Assembly (NCBI GenBank): GCA_023213395.1
Contig: CM041465.1
Coordinates: 225,687,741 to 225,751,740, forward strand
Direction of reading: 5' to 3'
Source: Cycas panzhihuaensis
Lineage: Eukaryota > Plantae > Cycadophyta
Length of the DNA: 64,000 nucleotides
A program made the position numbers and the translations under genes. Of this stretch, positions 13,678 through 24,170 are shown piece after piece. Below the pieces are notes generated by a model that did not search any database, was not told the origin of the DNA, and worked only from the letters and a program-made list of their open reading frames with translations. Numbering within the stretch: position 1 is the stretch's first letter; the number at the start of each line of letters is the position of its first letter.

Positions 13678-14370
13678 TTAGAGAACTTAGATAATTTGGT
13701 GAAATTTCCTAAAAGTTTTTGGCCATTTGTCAAAGCTGAGTAATCTAACCATAAGAAGTTACTGATCTTTAGCGAGTCTTCCACATGGATTTGATAATCT
13801 CAAAAGAGTTTAAACTATAGAAGGGCACTTATAAATGTTGCCAAACTATTAACTTTTCACAAGTATAATAAGAGTTAATATAATCATATGCACATAATAC
13901 TAAACACTAGCCAAAATTAGAACGCATGAATATGGCAAGAACTTGTGCAGTGACACACATGGCCACAACTACCCCTGTAAGGGTGAAAAGCATAGTTAAA
14001 AATAGACCCGTCAGCTATGGATATGAGTTTGAACTTACAAGGCATTTCCTCGGACCGAGCGCATCTGAACAACCGACCTGACGCGTTACACTTTATACCC
14101 GAATTATTATGATTATAATTATACCGAGCCAACTAATCTTGGCCTTTATTTATCTCGTGGGAGAGTCTTCTGTCGAAATATTATAATTGTACCAGGCCGA
14201 GTCTGTGTCTTTCAATAATGCATAAGATTCGCAAAATGTCCCGGGAACACTCCAATGATACCTTACTGGAAGCTATCTTTACTATCCTGTATTTACAGAA
14301 ACAAAAGTAGGATCGAATGAAAGCAGTAGGCAGTTGATCTAATTGGCTGGAGCGAACGAAGGGTGGGATA

Positions 14371-14537
14371 ATGGGTAAACCAGGAATGCCATTAATAATA
14401 TTAATATGTGGTACACTGGTGTATTATCACTGTGCTATACGCAATTCAAGTATAGTGTCTCTGGTGTGCGATGTCTTGATAGTACTCCTGTCTTCTCTCG
14501 CAGTGCTGGGAATGCTCTTCCGCCAGATGAATGTCTG
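14371..14537 (+). CDS. RTNLB22: Reticulon-like gene coding exon 1
   Basis: ATG at 14371; donor TG|GTAAGT, phase 2. Confidence 0.9.
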
Positions 14538-15979
14538 GTAAGTATATCAGCCATCTTTTTGTTTATTTCTTAGTGGGGTTTGGTCCATTTGTTAGTGGGC
14601 GGCAATCTGCCAACGGGCGGTCATGGTTACGAGTCCCGGGAAGTCCATTTCATTTGATTTGATTCGTACCCTCCGTTGAGGCCCTGGTGCCAGGGTTGGA
14701 CGTGCTCAATAAAATAACGGGGAATTTGGCTCTCTCACCCACAGGTATCTGTTAGTTTCGTAGCGGGGTTTTGTCCGTTGTTTGACTGATGGGTATTTGC
14801 CAACGAGTGGTCATGGTTTCAAATCTCATGAAGTTCATTCCATTTGACTTGCGCACTCTGCTGATGCGCTGATGCCAAAGGTGGATTCACCCAATGAACT
14901 AATGGGGAACTTGGGCCTCTATTGCTTGCTTGCTCCCTCTAGTGCTAGAGGCAATGTGCGCCTACCAATAGTGGGGAAGAGTCTAATTCTTCTAGCACCT
15001 TGGAGAGCCGGGCTTTATTATGTTTTCAATCATTTTCTGTTTTTTCTGTCCAGGTTTTCAGAAATGATATATAATTTACAATGTAGATTGGGGTTCTAGG
15101 TTCGTCCGGTTTTACCTTGCTCTGAAATTCAAGAATGTTGTCATTTTAGCGTACCGGTGGATCCTCTGGAATGGCAAATTTCACAGGAGACTGCCAACAC
15201 AATTGCAGCGTGCATGGCGAATACAATCGGAGCTGCGGAATCTGTTCTCAGAGTGGCTGCGAGCGGGCACGACAAGAAGCTCTTTTTCAAGGCAAGGGCA
15301 TTTTCTAATACATGTGAAGTGTAGAGTTGCAATTTAGATGTAGTGTGATAGTGCAGATATGTTCCGATGGTCATCCATTGCATGGTTTACCAGTTCAATT
15401 CCCATAGAGATTCCTTAGGGCTCGACTGTGCAAGAAGATTGAATCTGTTTGAGGAATCAGGTTAACACAGGTTATCTATCTTTGATCTAGTTGTTAGTGG
15501 GCGGCATTTATCAATTCAGGGTAGCAGGACGAGTCTCCAACGGCCGATGTGTGCAAATTTATAAATCCCAATGCTAATGGCGGACTGCATCTGCATCCCA
15601 ATGCCTTCGGTCATGTAGGGAATTTGAGTTGCGATTTTTTCTTTTTTCTTTTTGGTATTTTTGTGGCTTAGAATCCCATTTTCTGTGTGTAGGTAATTGG
15701 GGTCCTATATCTTCTATCTGCTCTGGGAAGGGCAGCATCTGGTGCTACAGTTGCATATGCAGGTACTGTGGAATTAGACTTAAGGTATTCAAATAGACGG
15801 TACAATTAGGCAGGTTTCTTGCAAGCAGCATAACTGACATGGGCTTGTAATTGTAAGCAGCACTATGGCTTGCCTCTGCGATCTTCTGTACATCGAAGTT
15901 GTCACCTGATGCAACTTGTCAATCCCAATTCCTTAACCGGAAGAGAGATGGAACGAAGATCGGAGGGCAAGATAATTGA
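14371..15979 (+). CDS. RTNLB22: Reticulon-like protein, B22/B23 type, 165 aa; join(14371-14537,15150-15291,15693-15762,15861-15979)
   Basis: Spliced 498-nt frame: MGKPGMPLIILICGTLVYYHCAIRNSSIVSLVCDVLIVLLSSLAVLGMLFRQMNVCVPVDPLEWQISQETANTIAACMANTIGAAESVLRVAASGHDKKLFFKVIGVLYLLSALGRAASGATVAYAALWLASAIFCTSKLSPDATCQSQFLNRKRDGTKIGGQDN*. GTLVYYHCA, VPVDPLEWQISQ and LRVAA.GHDK are recognised from plant RTNLB22/23; exon phases are consistent. Confidence 0.92.
14571..14918 (+). repeat. Two diverged tandem copies (190-bp period) of a tRNA-derived SINE-like unit in intron 1
   Basis: Copies start at 14571 and 14761; B-box/T-arm-like GGTCATGGTTACGAGTCCC and GGTCATGGTTTCAAATCTCATG; partial third copy at 15481-15540. 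Confidence 0.55.
15150..15291 (+). CDS. RTNLB22: Reticulon-like gene coding exon 2
   Basis: Acceptor TTTTAG|C; encodes VPVDPLEW..GHDKKLFFK; donor AAG|GCAAG (GC type). Confidence 0.9.
15693..15762 (+). CDS. RTNLB22: Reticulon-like gene coding exon 3
   Basis: Acceptor TGTAG|; 70 nt encoding VIGVLYLLSALGRAASGATVAYA; donor CAG|GTACTG. Confidence 0.9.
15861..15979 (+). CDS. RTNLB22: Reticulon-like gene coding exon 4
   Basis: Branch-like CTGAC near 15834, acceptor GCAG|, in-frame TGA at 15977-15979; total length fits the family; least conserved exon. Confidence 0.75.
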
Positions 15980-16097
15980 AGGTAATCTTGTTCGAAGACA
16001 AGTTTTGCGTCACTGTGATCACCAGGTTCAGTTCCATGGAACCATAATTGCAAGGAAGATGTATATTTGTTTCAGAAACAGTCCTTTTAGCACATCA

Positions 16098-16429
16098 ATC
16101 TAGAACATGATAGAGGCTACTTTTTTCTTTTGTCTTTTGATATCGATCATTGGCCCTCCTTCGGAATCTGGATGCTCTTTCAGCTTCAAAATTTTTCTAT
16201 GCAATCCTGTTCAAAAATATTAATGGCATATTCTGCATTATAGAGATTTTGTAGTCTCTTAGACTGGAGATCAGTGGAAGATGTATAATTGTTTGAGAAG
16301 CGGTTCTTCTATCAGATTGATCTAAAGCATGATTGATGCTACTTTTTTCTTTTGATTTTTGGTATTGAGCGTTGGCCCTCCTTTAGAATCTAGATGTTAA
16401 TTCAGTTTCAATTTTTTTTTATGCAATCC
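16098..16429. repeat. Tandem duplication (222-bp period) downstream of the stop codon
   Basis: GCTACTTTTTTCTTTTG..TTGGCCCTCCTT..GAATCT.GATG..ATGCAATCC at 16098-16207 and 16320-16429. Confidence 0.88.
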
Positions 16430-18176
16430 CATATCATATTCGGACATATACAGATTTTGTGGAGACGGGAACTCAGTGTGTAGTCACAATATTGTAGGTC
16501 CCTTTGTATTGAAAATTATACAGATAGTGAATGATAAAATTTGGGTGGGGGTAGCATTGACTTGCTCATGCCACTGGAGCTCGGTGGAGGATGCAATTTT
16601 AATTTGAGAGTAGCATTGACTTGCTCATGCCTGTATACAATTTCTGGAGTAGCGGTGTTGATTATTTTTGTAACAAATGCAATGGATTGCATAAGATGAC
16701 CTAAATGTAAACAAAGAATATCAGTTCCCAGGTTGAATTATGCTAAAATGTGATTTTATGATTCCACAAACTCCCATACCAAAATAAAGCAGACTGAAAA
16801 AAAACAGCTTCTATGGCTTAATGAGTTATCTAATATCTTAGACTCAGAACTTTTGTTTGGGGAAACCAATTGGACCTCTCATAGGATTTTATTTTTATCT
16901 TTATTTTTAAATGTTTGTAAGTGGCCCTTGGCAGTCCAGATGGGAATACATTGTTTTACTCTTATTTTTATTTTTTTAGAAATTATGCAAAATTGCTTTA
17001 AAATTCCAAATATCATATACGCCCTGTCTTGCTTGTAAAACACTGGATGCTGGAGGGTATTTTCAAGATAGTATTCGTTTTCTGTACCATAATTGCTGTG
17101 ATCTTCCCCTGGTATTGTGTCAGGATCCTCAAGAGAACAGAGAGGACTTAAGAAGTCCACATGCCACAAACAATTATGTATGAGTGCAGGTTATTTGCCA
17201 TATTTTCCATTCAGACTCAGCTAACCCTTATTCCATATGGCTTTTTAGATATCTGTAATATCAGTATCTGTGTAACTTAAAAGAATTGCCATATGAATGT
17301 AGAGAATCTCCTCACTAGCTCGTTTTCAGGCAAGTAGTAGTGCCATTTCTCTGAACACACCTGCAGTGTCAGATTGTTGCATAGTAGCCGTCCTGAGAAG
17401 ATTGAAACACTGATATCGACAAATATGACAAAAAGATAAGCACCATGTGTGAAAGACAAAGGCTAAGGTCTTCCATAATTCAACTCAGATAATGTAGCTC
17501 AAGGCCAACGGAATGAGAGGCACAGGGTTGAAGATGATCAAATGCCAAAATGGGGGCTACGGATGATTGTGATTGGGTCTGCAACACTAACCAAGTTAGA
17601 ACCCCAGAGAAATCACGGATGGCTACCGAACCAAGAAAGCTTATTGCTCCTATGTGAACAAAATGTATAGCATGGTTGAATTTGTCTTTTGTTAAATTTG
17701 TAATGCTATAAATCCCCCGTTACAGATGTTTGAATCTGTCCATAAACTTTAAATGTGCTTCACATAAGGAGTTAGCCTTTGCCATCTATTTGACCTTTTC
17801 TGGTTTTTCTTTGGTATGCTCCCATCATTGTTTTCATTCACTCTTTGTGATTCAGCTCTATTCCCACATATCTTCTGTATAATCCATTATTTCGGTCACT
17901 CATATTGGCTGAAGTTCAAGGTTTTCACATCAGAGGGTTTCTGAAGCATCCCAGGTTAATGAAAACAGCAAATATGTGTGAGGTGACTAAATACTCTGAT
18001 TTTTGTAAATCATACCCTTATCAAGGTTGTTCTTTTACTTCCACCAGAAAAAGGCACTAGCAAAGAATTGTACTGCCAAACATTAATAGAGAAAGATGCC
18101 AAGGTTTTATCAAGTACACACAAATCATGATATTTGAGAACCACAAATGGAGCAAATATATGCTTTATTACTGCAA

Positions 18177-18562
18177 GGTCCCATGCCTGCCGCTCCATTG
18201 AAATTATTGAGGGATTTATGGTCCCATGCACAGTGTAAAAGCCCACTCACAGGAAGAAACGAAATCTTTTTCATGAATGGTGGAGCGGGTTGTTTATCAA
18301 TCATTTTTTCTAGCGATAAAAAAAATGGGGGGGCTGAAAAACACTCAGACTGGATGTCTACTTCTGATTAGTTTCATTTACCGCCAATTTTTTTTTAGCA
18401 ACAGTTAATGCCGCTCACCTTCAGCAAATCTTCAGTTGATGGAGTTTACCTTCAGCAGGAAGAAAACAGCTGTTGCATGGGACCACATCACCCCTTTTAA
18501 GCTACTGAAAAGTTTCAGCGGCTCCTGAAAAATCTCAGCGGAGCCCCCCCTCCCATGGGACC
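18177..18562. mobile_element. MITE-like fold-back element
   Basis: Outer inverted pair GGTCCCATG (18177) / CATGGGACC (18554-18562); inner perfect 12-bp pair TGGTCCCATGCA (18219-18230) / TGCATGGGACCA (18474-18485); no coding capacity; no clear TSD. Confidence 0.55.
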
Positions 18563-18959
18563 ATCACGTTAAGGACAGGGAAGGTGCAACAAAAGTAGCT
18601 TGGCAGTCTTAAAGGTCTGTAGGAGAGAACTTTAGCCTACCCTCTTTTCCCTTATCTTTAGGGACTACCCCATCCCTTATGAAGCACATATAAAGTATCT
18701 CCTTCTCCTGCACCTCAATTTTTTAAGGCTTGAACACCCTTGCTCAAGCATTCTTTAAAAATTTGATTATTAAAACTGGTAATGTACTCCAACATCTTTC
18801 TCAGATTCAATTCCAACTGTTTTGCAAAGGTAGGTAATCAAAATGATATAAGTTTAAAATCTACAATCTGGATTTCTGCTTGCTCTTCCCCTAATCAGGT
18901 CACTTGATCCAATACCATCTCATTGGCATCACTGTGTCTTTTGATATAACTTACCTTTT

Positions 18960-19393
18960 GAACCCATGCAAGGGGGCTTCCAGAAAAACTGGAGCAGTAG
19001 CACTCCAATGTTTCTAGAGCAGAACGGAGAAATGGGGTACCATGGGATTTTCTCATTTTCCCCTGCCTCTCCATTCTCTGGATGCATGCCAAATGGATAG
19101 CTGCAATCTAGATCTTAATTGTTGATGACAGGTAACCTTCTAGCCATGGTGGGTAAACTTCAAGCGATGGCGGACGAAATTTTGATTGAATCAATCTTGT
19201 ACAGATTGTTTGAGCATAATATGCTACACGCAGCCCCCCCCTCCTTTTTACCATTGCTTAATGAGACATATTTGAGCATTCTGCTACAAAAGAACTGGAG
19301 AAGATTCCTCCGATTGCTATTAGTAGCTCTTTTCTACACCCATGGGACTGCCTGCACTAAGTTTTCCAGAGCGCAAACCTCCAGCATGGGACC
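18960..19393. mobile_element. Second, related MITE-like element
   Basis: Starts GAACCCATGC, ends GCATGGGACC (followed by ATC, as in the first copy); subterminal 40 bp are loosely complementary. Confidence 0.45.
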
Positions 19394-20993
19394 ATCTAGT
19401 TAGCCTCACCAGTGCCGTTGCCTAGTCTGTTGGCTTACTCTTGGTATCACCCACACTAATACTCACCCTATTGCTCACCTTTTTCATTTGTTTCCAGTTT
19501 CTGTCTATATTTGACATATATTCACCCTTAGGTTGGCCAAAAACTAATGTGAGCATTTTGTTAAATTTTAACAAAAGCCATTAATTGTCTTTGAAGTTTT
19601 TAAAAAAGTCTTATTTTTTTAATCAATTCAAGAAAATTTTAACAAGTTTTATTTTTCTACCTTTTTCCTTGCGTTACATATATGAAGGGTTTACATTAAC
19701 TATGTAAGTGTTAACATTTACTACTACGTTTATTTGTTGACACTCTTTTTCCTAACTATTGGGCAACTATATAAAGAACCTACATAGTACATACATAAAT
19801 CATGATACATTAAAACCATTCAAACAAATATTTCATTAACAATGGAGGAGATACAACAAAGAAGCTTAGGGAGTGTCTAAGGGTTGCCAAGGATAACTCT
19901 AGTCCACCCTCTTCATTCTGTCCCTAGGAATCGGCTATTATCTTTAATCATGACTCTTTTTATAAGTAGTAGTTAGTTATGGTTACTGACATCCACTAAC
20001 CCTCAAATGCATAGCATTAATTAATCATTGTTTGTCATGTAAGTCATCAAACTTTAGACCTCAAGCTTTTGGCAAATATGTACTTCAATAGTTACTAGCA
20101 AATGTTTTTCATGGATGAGAGGTTATGTTAGTTTGGGGTTCACATGTTCCATAATTATAATTAATAACGATCTTGTTCCTCTATAGAACCTAACATCTAT
20201 TTTGGCAATGGCATGGGCAACAAAAGGCATCTAGTGATGCTAGTCGACATCTCATTATCTTTTTTATTCACATGTCTCTATCGATATTTCTTCCAATTGT
20301 TATCCTTTCATATTAGTTTTACAACTTTACCTTGATATGCAAATTTATTATCGTTTAAATATTGAAATGGTTTGTAATTCACTTGCATAGCCTTTTGGTT
20401 TTCTATTGAGGGGTAAATGGGATTAAGAATATGATTTTCAATAATTTATAATTTTTGGATGCTCCACCTAACAACAAATGTGATCTTGAATAAAGTAAAA
20501 TCGCCCTCCTATTATTTACCTAGGTCATAGGTTCTTTGAAGTATAGAACATGAAAATAAATAAATAATAATGAAAGGCATCCTTTGGATGCTTGAGTATT
20601 CAAAATATTAAATTAGATAAAGTGAACTAACTATTTAAGTTCACATTCTAAAAGAAACTCTTAAAAACATTTACAATTGTAGATTTTCAAAACAAATAAA
20701 TGAGACCATTGTTACAAGCTTAATTCTACTAAGAAATTTTATTAGATTGATATAAGTAAACCCTACCAAGTGATCTTACTAATTTTGTACATTCATTATT
20801 TTTACTCTCATTTCCTCTCCATGATAATATCTTTTTTAAAATAAATTTATGAGAACATTTGTAATTAAGATGTAAGTCTACTAAGAAGTCTAGTAGATTC
20901 ATATCAATAAACACTACAAAGTGACTATTAATTTTGTATATTCATTAGGCCTACTCTCAGTTCCTCTATGCTTGGTTTATCATTTGTTCATTC

Positions 20994-21416
20994 ATTCAAT
21001 ACACAATGTAATCAATTTGGTAAAATCATAACAAATTATCAAAAAATTACAATTAATGGAAATCCTCCCATGATCTAAATCACTAACAAGACAAGATACA
21101 AATGTTATCATTTGCAGTGATGATTTTCTTTAGTCCAAAGATGGACTAATATGCTATATTTCCCATTGATTCTCAAGATATGTGAATTGATGTTTGTAAT
21201 TCATATATTCAATACATGAAGCAATGAAATTGGTAAAATTGCAACATGTTATCAAAAGGTTATAATTAATGGGAATTCTCCTATAACTTGGGCCAATAAT
21301 AAGAGAAGATACAAATGCTATCCTCTGAAGTGATGAGTTCCTTTACTCCAATGTTCGACTACACACTATATCTCCCATTGATTCTCTAGGGATGTGAATT
21401 GATGTTTGTAATTCAT
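20994..21416. repeat. Diverged tandem duplication, about 213-bp period
   Basis: ATTCAATAC..TTGGTAAAAT..AAGATACAAATG..CCCATTGATTCTC..ATGTGAATTGATGTTTGTAATTCAT present twice. Confidence 0.88.
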
Positions 21417-22339
21417 TCTATCCCACTAGTGTTACTAGTTATTAATCCTTTAGTATTTTACCCTCTAGTAATACTTATTCATTAATTGGTTAGTTTAGTT
21501 TATATATCAAATTAGTTTGGCATTCCAAATGCTTTAATTGAATGTAAAAAACTAATCTCTATTATGGATAAATTAAACTTTGTTGTTGTAAATCAACTCT
21601 TTTGTGGATTGATTATTATAGTATCATAAATAGGATTTGTTCCAATCAAGCCATTGTAGTTTGTAAATTCAACTCCATCTCTAATCTAAACTTTGTGTAC
21701 AAGCCAGAAATCATTATTGATTCACTTGGTTATAAATCATAGAGCGTAAATATTTATTGCCAATGGAACTATTACACGTAAATCAATCACTTTATCGATA
21801 AGCCAACTAATGATATTTGTCATAAAATTGAACATTCTCTAGTTTGTAACCACATTCTTCATAAAATTAAGTCGTTCTTTAATTCTTGGAGGTTGCAATT
21901 TTATTCCTTTCTAAACTTCCTTTAACATTAATTCTTCTATGTATCCTTGCTCAAAATATATTGACATTTTTTATTTAAGATTTCACTGCCTTTTTTTTTG
22001 TCGTGAAGAAATATTTTTAATATCCACTCTTTTATCTTCAATTCTTCTCAATTTTCTCTTGGTTCTTAGTTTTACTGACATGTCCAATGCTTGGTAGTTG
22101 AATTTTGGATTTGACTCCCTCTTATTTCATTACTTGGTTTTCATAGAACATAAAAAATTTGACATGTATTAAATGCCCATCTTCCTTTATTGTCTAGTTG
22201 AAGTTGCCCCTATATCTTTCCAATCTCCACCATTAACAATACATTATGATCTTGTCTTATTTTTTAAAAACTAGCTAGCCCTATAGCTTTCCAATTTCTA
22301 CCATTCATAATATATGGTGATCTTGTCATTTTCTAAAAA

Positions 22340-24170
22340 AATCTCTCTCTTTTTTGCAATTAAAGTTTATGTTTGTTGTTGTTAACTAGTGCATAGTAAT
22401 GTGCCATCCTCATTTTTAAATTAAACCAACCTATGCCAATTGATTTTATCCATGGTATATGATTTAATCATCCCATTTTAAAATTTTCAAGTTATATGTT
22501 AAACTTGTTATTATATTTAAGTGCCATATCACCTTTGGGAATATGATGAGTATAATTATTTCATCCTATTATTTTTCTACCACTACATTCTATAATGCTT
22601 ATCATTCACTTTTTTTCTACTCACTGAGTCATTTTTATAAAGGGTTATGTTCTCTTGTTTGTATCACATTCACTCATCTAAGTTGTTATAGCAATTTTCA
22701 AGCTTAGTATTTGATTGTCAAAAGAGATAATTGCTTCTAAACCATAAACAAATTGAAACGATGTTTGATTCATGGGATTATTTGTATGTGGTATGGGATA
22801 TCGATATTTTTCCACCTAATTGGATTAGTCATCTTCATTAATTTTCCTTAATACTTTTTTGATAAACTTGTTTTAACTTCTAATTTGTCTATATACTCTT
22901 AAGTAATATGGAGTGGATTTGTAATGAATAATCTTAAATTCCATACTAAGATGGTGTACTAACTTGTTGAGCATAGAGCTACTTTAGTCATTAATTAATT
23001 TTGTAGCGTATTCAAATCAAATAATGACCATTTCATATAAAAAGCAAATAGTGTTTTGTGAATCTAAATTCTATAGTATTTGTGATTTTGCCCATTGGGT
23101 TAAATAATTTATGTCCACCAAATTATATAATGTTTTTTACCTTTATTATGTTGGTTTAATGAGTTTAGCAAAATTAAATACCTATTCCTCAATGGGTGTT
23201 GGGGGTAATATGGGAGTTAGGAGGTAATAAATTTTTAACAGATAGTTTCCTAACTCTTTGACAATAGCCATAAATTTTAGTCTCATCTCTCTTTGTCAAT
23301 AAACAATATAAGCAACCATAGTCTTGCATGGAAGATTTTGCATGTTAATGTACCACTTGCAATACGTCCCAATTATTGTTCCTTTATGTACCTAAATTTT
23401 GAGTCACCTCATATTCTAACATACTTAAACATATAATGTTTTTTGGTCCCATATTATATAAATTCACTTGAATTAATTATGATAGGTGTGTTTTCTTTAT
23501 CCCTTTGCTTTATTTAATTTTATTCAATTTGAGTTGTGCGGTCTTAGTGGCTAAATAGTCAATAATCCCTATACATCATTCTAGAATCACATCAATGTTG
23601 AATGATTTGGCATATAGAAAATTATCATTATTACTAATGGCAATACCACTAATACCTAGCAATTAATTAAGAATCACTTGAACTTTTCTTAGATAAGCAA
23701 TGATTTTCAATGAAAATTCCTAAAATAATAATAAGTATTCGTTAATCATTCATTAGAATAAAAGTTTGTTGATTAAATACATCAAGACTTGGTGATCAAT
23801 ATAAAATTGAATGGGTTAGATAATAAATTATATTGAAAATTTTATAAGGGGTAAATCATATCCAACCTTTCTCATTTCATTATGGCACAGTTATGTTTGA
23901 TTGTTGTTAGTTTATTACTATAAAAATGAATTGGGAATTATTTTGAAGGATGTGAGTTGTGGGCATATTTCTTAATATTTTTTATTAAGATCTTGTCATA
24001 TCCAAAACACCTTTAATTTATGTAGGCATAACAAGTATGGTGCATCCCATGATGACTTCTACTTTGGTGGGGTCTATTAACATATATTCCTTTATTATAA
24101 TATGCCCTAAGAAAAGTTTCAACTGATGTCATGAAGTTATATTTTTTGGGATTACTCACTGCTCCATCAT
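22340..24170 (-). pseudogene. Heavily degraded Ty3/gypsy pol (RT end, RNase H, integrase), non-chromovirus type
   Basis: Manual translation: FLGHIIIKEYMLIDPTKVEVI; YLTHSILY/FYIDHQVLMYLINK; PLTPILPPTP; EFKIIHYKSTPYY; TSFQFVYGLEAII; KGDMALKYN. Confidence 0.75.

Noticed and set aside
14571-14640. Functional tRNA-Gly gene
   Set aside because: No complete cloverleaf or acceptor stem by eye; kept only as tRNA-derived-like.
15141-15383. 80-aa minus-strand ORF
   Set aside because: Antisense shadow of reticulon exon 2.
15870-16103. 77-aa ORF as a separate gene
   Set aside because: Alternative frame over exon 4 with a non-ATG start and no recognisable motif.
16106-16340. C/D box snoRNAs in the 222-bp duplication
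   Set aside because: Box C-like ATGATAG/ATGATTG are imperfect and no properly placed CTGA with a terminal stem was found.
16551-16631. 22-bp repeat / 37-bp spacer / repeat resembling a CRISPR unit
   Set aside because: Only two repeats, the spacer resembles nearby local sequence, the context is eukaryotic and there are no cas genes.
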